A DNA stretch of 32,669 nucleotides, from positions 1 through 32,669 of the forward strand of contig JADGPH010000176.1 in the NCBI GenBank assembly GCA_017882555.1. The letters run 5' to 3'. The position numbers were made by a program, and so were the translations under genes. The notes beneath the pieces were generated by a model that made no database searches, was not told the DNA's origin, and saw only the letters and a list, made by a program, of their open reading frames with translations. Position 1 is the stretch's first letter. Each line of letters begins with the position of its first letter. The DNA comes from Thermoleophilia bacterium (GTDB lineage: Bacteria; Actinomycetota; Thermoleophilia; Miltoncostaeales; Miltoncostaeaceae). Shown here one piece after another: positions 26,350 through 32,249 of the stretch.

Positions 26350-26622
26350 GTGACCGTTCTCGAGCACACCTATGGCGTTCCACCCGAGGACGAACTTGCC
26401 ATGCTCGTCGGTGCCGCGGTGCCGCATTTTGCCCTCCAGATCCGCGGACGAGTTGCGAGTTACGCCTCTGTCTTGCCCGCAGATCATCCTCGGCAAGCCG
26501 AGCTCGCCCGTCACTTGGCGCGGCTGGACGCGCTGGCGCACGACGGACAAGCCGGGAAGATTGGGACCTCTGATCTGCCGGCGCGCCCATCGTTGACAGA
26601 ACCTGCGTCGATCGCCCACTAG
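26350..26622 (+). CDS. hypothetical small protein (90 aa), probably leaderless
   Basis: Only non-Arg-rich frame in the gap between the regulator and the Nudix gene. The extended -10 TGGTAGCCT (26334..26342) ends 7 nt before in-frame GTG 26350. The track start ATG 26299 has neither a Shine-Dalgarno sequence nor a -10 box. Confidence 0.45.
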   Translation: MTVLEHTYGVPPEDELAMLVGAAVPHFALQIRGRVASYASVLPADHPRQAELARHLARLDALAHDGQAGKIGTSDLPARPSLTEPASIAH

Positions 26623-26648
26623 GTCCGGCCGGTCCGGCCGGTGGGCCG
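26622..26648. repeat. tandem GC-rich 9-mer, about 3 copies
   Basis: ggtccggcc (26622..26630), ggtccggcc (26631..26639) and a degenerate ggtgggccg (26640..26648). Contains self-complementary ccggcc/ggccgg arms. Lies in the convergent gap between the small ORF and the Nudix gene. Confidence 0.6.
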
Positions 26649-26671
26649 TCGCGCGGTCGGTCATCAGATGA

Positions 26672-27286
26672 TCACGTAGGTTCGTCTGCGGCGGCGGCGC
26701 GCGCGATCTCCGCAAAGCCACGCAGGATTCGCGCCGTCGCGCCCCAGACATCTTCGCCGTCGAGCGGATAGCGCAACTCGCGCCAGTTCGGACGCGCGGG
26801 CAGCGCCGCATCGAGCGCGAGGATGTCCGCGACCGAGACCTCCATCACGCGCGCGATCTCATCCGGGTTGGGGCGGGTTTCGGGGGCGCTGCGCATGAGC
26901 CCGACCACGGGCGTAACGATGTAGGCGGACTGATAGGTCGCGACATCGTCGAGCACGCCGACAACCTCGACGACCTCGGGGGCGATGCCGAGTTCCTCAT
27001 GGGCCTCGCGCAGCGCTGTCATCCGGAGATCGGTATCGGCGGGGTCACGCCGACCGCCGGGGAGGCTCACCTGGCCTGGATGTTCAAGGAGGGTATGAGT
27101 GCGCTTGGTCAGGATGATATGTGGTCGCTCGTCTCGATCAAACATCGGCACCAATACTGCGGCCGACCGAGCGGGGACGTCGAGCACGACTCGCTCACGA
27201 TCGCAGATCACTTTGGCCATCTTCGCCGCGAGTTCGATCGCGCCGGGCAGTGGCCTGGCGTCAGGTGAGACGTGATGGGAGAGCAC
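26672..27286 (-). CDS. Nudix hydrolase, CoA pyrophosphatase subfamily
   Basis: Nudix box GGRRDPADTDLRMTALREAHEELGI, preceded by the CoA-type motif ILTKRTHTLLEHPGQVSLPGG. TACACT lies 6 nt upstream of GTG 27286 (leaderless pattern). ATG 27220 is an alternative start. Confidence 0.82.
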   Translation of the reverse strand: MLSHHVSPDARPLPGAIELAAKMAKVICDRERVVLDVPARSAAVLVPMFDRDERPHIILTKRTHTLLEHPGQVSLPGGRRDPADTDLRMTALREAHEELGIAPEVVEVVGVLDDVATYQSAYIVTPVVGLMRSAPETRPNPDEIARVMEVSVADILALDAALPARPNWRELRYPLDGEDVWGATARILRGFAEIARAAAADEPT

Positions 27287-27292
27287 AGTTCG

Positions 27293-27323
27293 AGTGTACG
27301 CGCCACACGGGTCTGTCTAGACT
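27293..27323. promoter_or_regulatory. back-to-back -10 boxes for divergent leaderless genes (Nudix gene and 249-aa ORF)
   Basis: Minus-strand TACACT (plus 27293..27298) lies 6 nt from GTG 27286. Plus-strand TAGACT (27318..27323) lies 6 nt from ATG 27330. The palindrome GTCTAGAC (27315..27322) overlaps the latter. The whole intergenic region is only 43 bp and has no Shine-Dalgarno sequence. Confidence 0.45.
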
Positions 27324-27329
27324 CAACCT

Positions 27330-28079
27330 ATGACCCGACGCCCCGACGGATGGCTGAAAAGTGCAGCAGATCCCGCGGGACTTGCCCTTGACGATGCCCT
27401 CGAGGACCTGGTCTTGCGCCTTGGGAACGCGCGAGCGTCGGCCGAGCAGCATGCGGCTCGCGCACCCTTGGGACTACGCGAGGTGGAGCTCGCCATGGGT
27501 GCGCGGACCTATCTGTGCGCCTTCGATGGCCCCGGGTTTTTGTGTCTGACCCACGAGGGTAGGCCCGTCACCGATGCGCACGTTGTACAGCGCACTGCGA
27601 CGGTGAGCTTGGTCTGGGAACAACTGGAGGCCGAAATCGATGTGTCGCGGCTCGGAGAGGTCTCCAGCGCGGCGGCGCGGGTCCTGGCGTTGACCGACGA
27701 ACCTGCGGTGATGAGTGACGCGATCGGGGCAACGGCCGAGCACGCGATGGCGATGGCGCAATGGCGTGAATCACCCCTGCGTGCGATTGCGTCGCTGACG
27801 CAGATCGACGTGCTGTTTGCGCTCCAGGAGCGTGCGAACCGCGCCTATGGCCGGTTCGTACAGGCCTCAGAGCATCTTGTGGCCCAGCAGGAGCAGATGA
27901 CCCCGGAGCTCGTCGCGACCCTCGGCGGGTTCGAACGCGCAGCGATCACGGCGGGATTGGGAATGCGGCTCGCCGATCGCCTCGGGGCGGTGGTCAGCGC
28001 CTGCGATCAGGGCGCTGCCGAGATCGTAGCGGCCCATCTGACCCCGCTCGACAGCGGGCTACCCGGCGCGGGGCGATGA
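27330..28079 (+). CDS. hypothetical protein (249 aa), no recognisable domain
   Basis: Long ORF with coding-like composition. TAGACT lies 6 nt upstream of ATG 27330. ATGA-coupled to the next gene. Confidence 0.6.
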   Translation: MTRRPDGWLKSAADPAGLALDDALEDLVLRLGNARASAEQHAARAPLGLREVELAMGARTYLCAFDGPGFLCLTHEGRPVTDAHVVQRTATVSLVWEQLEAEIDVSRLGEVSSAAARVLALTDEPAVMSDAIGATAEHAMAMAQWRESPLRAIASLTQIDVLFALQERANRAYGRFVQASEHLVAQQEQMTPELVATLGGFERAAITAGLGMRLADRLGAVVSACDQGAAEIVAAHLTPLDSGLPGAGR

Positions 28080-28375
28080 TCGGCACCGAGATAGCCTTCC
28101 GGTTGGGCCCTGGCACCATGGACGAGGCTCGGGCAATCGCCGCGACGTTGGCCGAACTGGCGACAGACGCCCATGAGCACGTGCTGTTTTGCGATGACCA
28201 GATCGGCGAATACGGATGCCTCGCGGTATGGGCAACGGCGGCAGACGCAGACGCGTACATCGCCTCGACGGCGGTGACCGAACACGTCCGCCAGTTGAGT
28301 GCGCGCATGGACAAGCCGGCGCGCGTGCGTCGCTACGTGATGGAGTATCAACGGACGGCGCCATCGGGCCCGTAG
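28076..28375 (+). CDS. small ferredoxin-fold protein, ABM (antibiotic biosynthesis monooxygenase)/Dabb-like
   Basis: 99 aa. EIAFRLGPGTMDEARAIAATL...YGCLAVWATAADADAYIAS...VRRYV follows the ABM-domain pattern. The family assignment is tentative. Confidence 0.5.
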   Translation: MIGTEIAFRLGPGTMDEARAIAATLAELATDAHEHVLFCDDQIGEYGCLAVWATAADADAYIASTAVTEHVRQLSARMDKPARVRRYVMEYQRTAPSGP

Positions 28376-28446
28376 ACCGCGCGATCGGTGCTGGCCTGGT
28401 CTTTAGCGAATGTGGCCGTGCGTGCGCGGGAGTCCGGGCTCGTCTA

Positions 28447-28452
28447 TAGGCT
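28447..28452 (+). promoter_or_regulatory. -10 box TAGGCT for a leaderless IDH-family gene
   Basis: TANNNT hexamer ending 7 nt before GTG 28460. No Shine-Dalgarno sequence. Confidence 0.35.
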
Positions 28453-28459
28453 CCGTGTC

Positions 28460-29551
28460 GTGGAGCCGACGACCATTATTGTGATGGAAGGCGACCAGAC
28501 TGGCCAGGAGTTGCTTGTCGAGGCATTGCGGGTCCTCGATCCTGGTGTATCGGGCTTGCCGCTGACATTCGAGCATTACGACCTCTCGCTGGAGTCCCGT
28601 CGACGCACGGGTAACCAGGTGGTGCATGATGCCGCTCAAGCAATGCGTCGGGCGGGGTTCGGTCTGAAAGCCGCGACGATTACCCCGGAAGCGTCGGGGG
28701 ATGTGGGCAGTCCGAACGCGCTGTTGCGCGAGGAGATCGACGGGCGGGTGATCATCCGTACCGGGCGCCGCTTACCGGGTGTACGCCCGATTGGAGGTAT
28801 TCACGCACCGATCTCGGTGGTGCGCATGGCCGTCGACGATGCATATGGGGCCGTTGAGCACCGTGAAGGGACTGGGCTCGATGAGGTCGCGTGGCGTACC
28901 GAGCACATCTCGCGTCGGACTTGCCGTGCCGTTGCGGAGTTCTCGTTCTTACAGGCGCGTCGCATGAGCGCCACGGTGTACGGGGGACCCAAGTGGACCG
29001 TCTCGCCGGTGTATGAGGGCATGATGAAAGAAGAACTCGATTTCGCGTCCGAACGGCATCGCGACGTCCGCTATCGCCCCGTACTGATCGATGCGGCCTA
29101 TGCGGGGTTGATCACCCACACCGGTGACGCGCTGGTGGTGCCGGCGCTCAATCGCGATGGGGACTGCCTATCGGACATGGTGTTGCAGCTGTTCGGCTCG
29201 ATCGCCGGGGCGGAATCGCTGCTGCTGGCGTTCGATGATGATCTCAACCCCAAGACCGTAATGGCCGACGCCCCTCATGGCACCGCACCCGGCCTGGAAG
29301 GCAAGAGCATTGCCAACCCCCTGGCGATGATCCTCGCCGGCGCGGCGCTCTTGGGATTCGTGGGGGACCCCGCCGCGTCGATGGTGTCGCGGGGGATTTA
29401 CGAGGCTGCACTCGAAGCCGTCGCCGACGATATACGGACCGCCGACCTCAGTGGTCATTCCTCGACCGAGGAATTCACCGCTGAGGTCATCAAGCGCCTG
29501 CGGACCAAGCTTGACGTGTGGAGTTCGCTCGGCGACTCGGCAGTGATCTAG
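28460..29551 (+). CDS. isocitrate/isopropylmalate dehydrogenase family protein, substrate unknown
   Basis: NRDGDCLSDMVLQLFGSIAGAES and APHGTAPGLEGKSIANPLAMILAGAALL are the family metal/NAD(P) motifs. LLREEIDGRVIIRTGRR supplies the substrate arginines. Start set at GTG 28460 (TAGGCT 7 nt upstream). The track start at 28388 would require a rare TTA codon and an atypical N-terminus. Confidence 0.8.
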   Translation: MEPTTIIVMEGDQTGQELLVEALRVLDPGVSGLPLTFEHYDLSLESRRRTGNQVVHDAAQAMRRAGFGLKAATITPEASGDVGSPNALLREEIDGRVIIRTGRRLPGVRPIGGIHAPISVVRMAVDDAYGAVEHREGTGLDEVAWRTEHISRRTCRAVAEFSFLQARRMSATVYGGPKWTVSPVYEGMMKEELDFASERHRDVRYRPVLIDAAYAGLITHTGDALVVPALNRDGDCLSDMVLQLFGSIAGAESLLLAFDDDLNPKTVMADAPHGTAPGLEGKSIANPLAMILAGAALLGFVGDPAASMVSRGIYEAALEAVADDIRTADLSGHSSTEEFTAEVIKRLRTKLDVWSSLGDSAVI

Positions 29552-29658
29552 CGCTCGTTGTCCTCGCGCTGGGACCGGCGCTTGTAGATGACCATCCAGA
29601 TCAGCGCCAGCACCGTCGCGGCGACGACCCCGAACGGGACGTAGCTGGCGGCGGTCAC
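29548..29658 (-). CDS. 36-aa single-pass membrane microprotein (not in the ORF track)
   Basis: Translation is (M)TAASYVPFGVVAATVLALIWMVIYKRRSQREDNER, one hydrophobic helix followed by a KRR anchor. All 36 sense codons end in G or C. Its GTG overlaps the TGA of the upstream gene (GTGA). Confidence 0.5.
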   Translation of the reverse strand: MTAASYVPFGVVAATVLALIWMVIYKRRSQREDNER

Positions 29659-30101
29659 GACGGGTCGGAGCGGGTTGGTCCTTCGGCGATGAAGTCGATC
29701 AGGTCTTCGATCGTGAACCGGCCGGATTGCATCGAAGCGACCAGGCCGTAGATCGTTGCGGTGTGGGGCCGCTCAATCACGTAGGCGAGCATGGCGTCGT
29801 TTGCGCCGCGCTCGAGCACTTCGGCACGGGCACGGCCAACGTCGGTCGCCGTCACGCCGTTGGGGCGCGCCGTGGCCAGTTCGTCTTGGACAAGCCGCGC
29901 CGCAAGCTCCGCCACCTCATCGCCTTCGGCACCCAGGCGGGCCGCGAGATTGCCGATTGTCACCGGTTCTCCCGGATCGGCGCGTACCAACTCACGGAGG
30001 AGTAAGTACATCCCTGCGGAGAGGCCGCCAGCGGCGACGGTCTGGTCGAGGACGCCAGCGAGCTCGGTCAGGAGCGCTATGTCGTCATCGCTGCGGTACA
30101 T
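29655..30101 (-). CDS. hypothetical protein, possibly winged-helix (MarR-like) DNA-binding
   Basis: 148 aa. LSAGMYLLLRELVRADPGEPVTIGNLAARLGAEGDEVAELAARLVQDELA resembles a winged helix-turn-helix. It starts 2 nt after the upstream gene's stop codon. The fold call is weak. Confidence 0.45.
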   Translation of the reverse strand: MYRSDDDIALLTELAGVLDQTVAAGGLSAGMYLLLRELVRADPGEPVTIGNLAARLGAEGDEVAELAARLVQDELATARPNGVTATDVGRARAEVLERGANDAMLAYVIERPHTATIYGLVASMQSGRFTIEDLIDFIAEGPTRSDPS

Positions 30102-30103
30102 CG

Positions 30104-30430
30104 CTACGGTCCGTAGCGATGAGCAGGCGCGGGTCGCGTCAAGACGGTGGCCTGCCCGGCCCAGGTGCGCCCGGTGATGTGGAGGTCGTCCAGCAACTGC
30201 AATGCCGAACGGACGACCCCAACCCGTGCGCCGTGGCCGTGGGTGTTGGCAATCGTGATCGAAAAGTCGTGGTCACCGGCGCCGTAGAGTGGGCGAGCAT
30301 TGGCTCGGGCCAACGCGACACGAGCGTCACTCAAGCGATTGGGATCATCGAGGGCGACGTACGCCTCAAAGAAGGACCAGTCACCGGGCAAGTCGTCGAG
30401 GACGGCATCGAACGCTTCGACATGGCTCAT
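30104..30430 (-). CDS. hypothetical protein (109 aa)
   Basis: ORF track 30104..30499. I prefer ATG 30430 (MSHVEAFDAVL...), because the GTG at 30499 would overlap the DUF1802 gene by 32 nt and add a low-complexity Arg/Pro/Ser tail. No domain recognised. Confidence 0.5.
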   Translation of the reverse strand: MSHVEAFDAVLDDLPGDWSFFEAYVALDDPNRLSDARVALARANARPLYGAGDHDFSITIANTHGHGARVGVVRSALQLLDDLHITGRTWAGQATVLTRPAPAHRYGP

Positions 30431-30467
30431 GGCGCCAACCGTACCATGCGGGTTCGCGGTGCTCGGG

Positions 30468-31040
30468 TCACGCGGAGATCGCGAACGGGGCAAGCGCACG
30501 TGTCACGTCGTTCGCTGCGCGCGCAAAGGCCCCGTCATCAAGCGTGGGCGTGTGCGTCCCAAGGACGATCGCCCGCGGGAGATCGACCCAGCTGACACAG
30601 CCGCCGTGCTCGGGAGTGACGGCCAGAATCGGCGGCGTCTCGACGCGCCAGACCCGCAGTACCACCACCCACAGCGGTTGGGTACGCCGCCACCGCAGCC
30701 GCTCGTGGGCGTAGTCACCGGTCAGGATCTGCAATGGGCCGATCGCGTCGAGCGCCTCGGGCTCACGAATGGCGTATGAGTCATGAATCGTCGCCCACAG
30801 CGCCAACGGAAGTCGGTCGGGGTCCTCCCGCCGCCCGAGCGCGCTCGCATACCGCTGGGCGGCGTCGGGCCGTACCAGCTCCGGCCGCTGGTGGGCGTAG
30901 GTGGGAAACAAAAAGAACGACGGGTGGGGAAGCTCAAAACGCTTCTCGCCGATTCCGCCTTTGCGCACGATTACGATCTGCTCGCCTGCCGCAAGCGCCT
31001 CGCAGGTGACCGCCCATTCCTTGAGTGCCGATTCCGCCAT
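30468..31040 (-). CDS. DUF1802-like protein
   Basis: 190 aa. N-terminal ALKEWAVTCEALAAGEQIVIVRKGGIGE matches my recollection of the DUF1802 family signature. TACGAT lies 6 nt upstream of ATG 31040 (leaderless pattern). Confidence 0.55.
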   Translation of the reverse strand: MAESALKEWAVTCEALAAGEQIVIVRKGGIGEKRFELPHPSFFLFPTYAHQRPELVRPDAAQRYASALGRREDPDRLPLALWATIHDSYAIREPEALDAIGPLQILTGDYAHERLRWRRTQPLWVVVLRVWRVETPPILAVTPEHGGCVSWVDLPRAIVLGTHTPTLDDGAFARAANDVTRALAPFAISA

Positions 31041-31046
31041 GTGCCG

Positions 31047-31099
31047 ATCGTACCGAGATGCGGGTCATCTGCGCCCGAGGCCGATGACATTGCTAGCCT
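31047..31099. promoter_or_regulatory. divergent leaderless promoters for the DUF1802 operon and mqnE
   Basis: Minus-strand TACGAT (plus 31047..31052) lies 6 nt from ATG 31040. Plus-strand TGCTAGCCT (31091..31099) ends 7 nt before ATG 31107. Confidence 0.4.
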
Positions 31100-31106
31100 T
31101 AGGGCC

Positions 31107-32189
31107 ATGACTGATCGCATTCTTGCTCGGGCGGCTGACGGTGGCCGCATCACTCCCGAGGAGGCCATCCTCCTCTATGACACCGCGCCGCTCGAAGAGC
31201 TGGGTGCCGCAGCCGACGAGGTGGTACGGCGTCGATTCGGCGACGAGATCACATACAACGTCAACGCGCACCTGAATCCCACCAACATCTGCGTGGTCGG
31301 CTGCGGGTTCTGTGCGTTTGCCGTGTGGACCGAAAAGGATGAGCGCGCCTACGCCTACAGCGTTGACCAGCTGGTTGAGCGCGCGGGCCAACTTGTGGGT
31401 CAGGGCATCACCGAACTGCACATCGTCGGTGGCATGACCAAGGAGTACGACCTTCCGTATTACGAAGAGCTCTTTTCCGAACTCAAGGGCGCGTTCCCAC
31501 ATGTTGCACTGACGGCGCTCACCGCCGTCGAGATCGACTTCATTGCGCGGATGTCGAAGGTCTCGCATCGCGAGGCCTTGGAGCGCACTCGTGCTGCCGG
31601 TCACGACACGATGCCTGGCGGCGGCGCCGAGGTGTTTTCCTCGCGCGTTCGCGAGATTATTGCCGATCGCAAGGTACCGGCCGAAACGTGGCTCGAGGTG
31701 CATCGCGAGGCCCACGGGCAGGGCATGCGGACCAATGCGACGCTCTTGTTTGGCCACTTCGAGACGCCGGCCGAGCAGGTCGATCATATGGATCGCCTGC
31801 GTGATCTCCAGGACGAGACCGGCGGTTTTCAGGCGTTTATTCCGTTGCCATTCCTCCCGGGCAATACGGATTTTGCGTATCTGCCAGGTCCGAATCGTGA
31901 AGAGAAGCTGCGCATCATTGCGACCGCACGTCTGTTCTTGGACAACTTCGCGCACATCAAGGGTCACTGGGTCATGCTCGGTGAAGAGATCACGACCGAC
32001 GCGCTGACCTACGGGCTCGATGATCTGTCGGGAACATTGATCGAAGAGCGGATCGCCCATGCGACCACGGTGCAAACGCCGCTGGGTCTGTCGCAGGACC
32101 GCATGGCCGAACTGATCCGCAGCGGGGGCAAGGTGCCCGCCGAGCGCGACACGCTCTACAACCCGATCACCCCGTCGGTTCCCAGCTAG
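31107..32189 (+). CDS. mqnE: radical SAM aminofutalosine synthase (futalosine menaquinone pathway), MqnE-like
   Basis: CVVGCGFC is a CxxxCxxC cluster within YNVNAHLNPTNIC. ITELHIVGG, GGGAEVF and RLRDLQDETGGFQAFIPL resemble MqnE more than MqnC as I recall them. Start at ATG 31107 (extended -10 TGCTAGCCT ending 7 nt upstream). The track start at 30783 runs through the divergent gene. Confidence 0.8.
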   Translation: MTDRILARAADGGRITPEEAILLYDTAPLEELGAAADEVVRRRFGDEITYNVNAHLNPTNICVVGCGFCAFAVWTEKDERAYAYSVDQLVERAGQLVGQGITELHIVGGMTKEYDLPYYEELFSELKGAFPHVALTALTAVEIDFIARMSKVSHREALERTRAAGHDTMPGGGAEVFSSRVREIIADRKVPAETWLEVHREAHGQGMRTNATLLFGHFETPAEQVDHMDRLRDLQDETGGFQAFIPLPFLPGNTDFAYLPGPNREEKLRIIATARLFLDNFAHIKGHWVMLGEEITTDALTYGLDDLSGTLIEERIAHATTVQTPLGLSQDRMAELIRSGGKVPAERDTLYNPITPSVPS

Positions 32190-32201
32190 CCGCAGTCTCC
32201 C

Positions 32202-32244
32202 CGCATCCAGTTGGTACGCCCACCGCACGTGCCCGCGGGATGCG
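32202..32244. terminator. possible bidirectional terminator hairpin between mqnE and the convergent membrane-protein gene
   Basis: cgcatcc (32202..32208) pairs with ggatgcg (32238..32244). An inner stem ggtacg (32213..32218) pairs with cgtgcc (32228..32233) using one G-U pair. No clear T-tract. Confidence 0.25.
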
Positions 32245-32249
32245 TGTCG

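Noticed and set aside
26227-26811. 194-aa minus-strand ORF spanning the gap between the regulator and the Nudix gene.
   Set aside because: It overlaps the start of the PafBC-like gene and the end of the Nudix gene. Its translation is Arg-rich low complexity. The plus-strand 90-aa frame with a leaderless-type promoter is the better explanation.
30431-30499. Longer form of the 109-aa ORF starting at GTG 30499.
   Set aside because: It would overlap the DUF1802-like gene by 32 nt and add a Pro/Arg/Ser-rich tail. It is kept as an alternative only, because the ATG at 30430 lacks a clear Shine-Dalgarno sequence.
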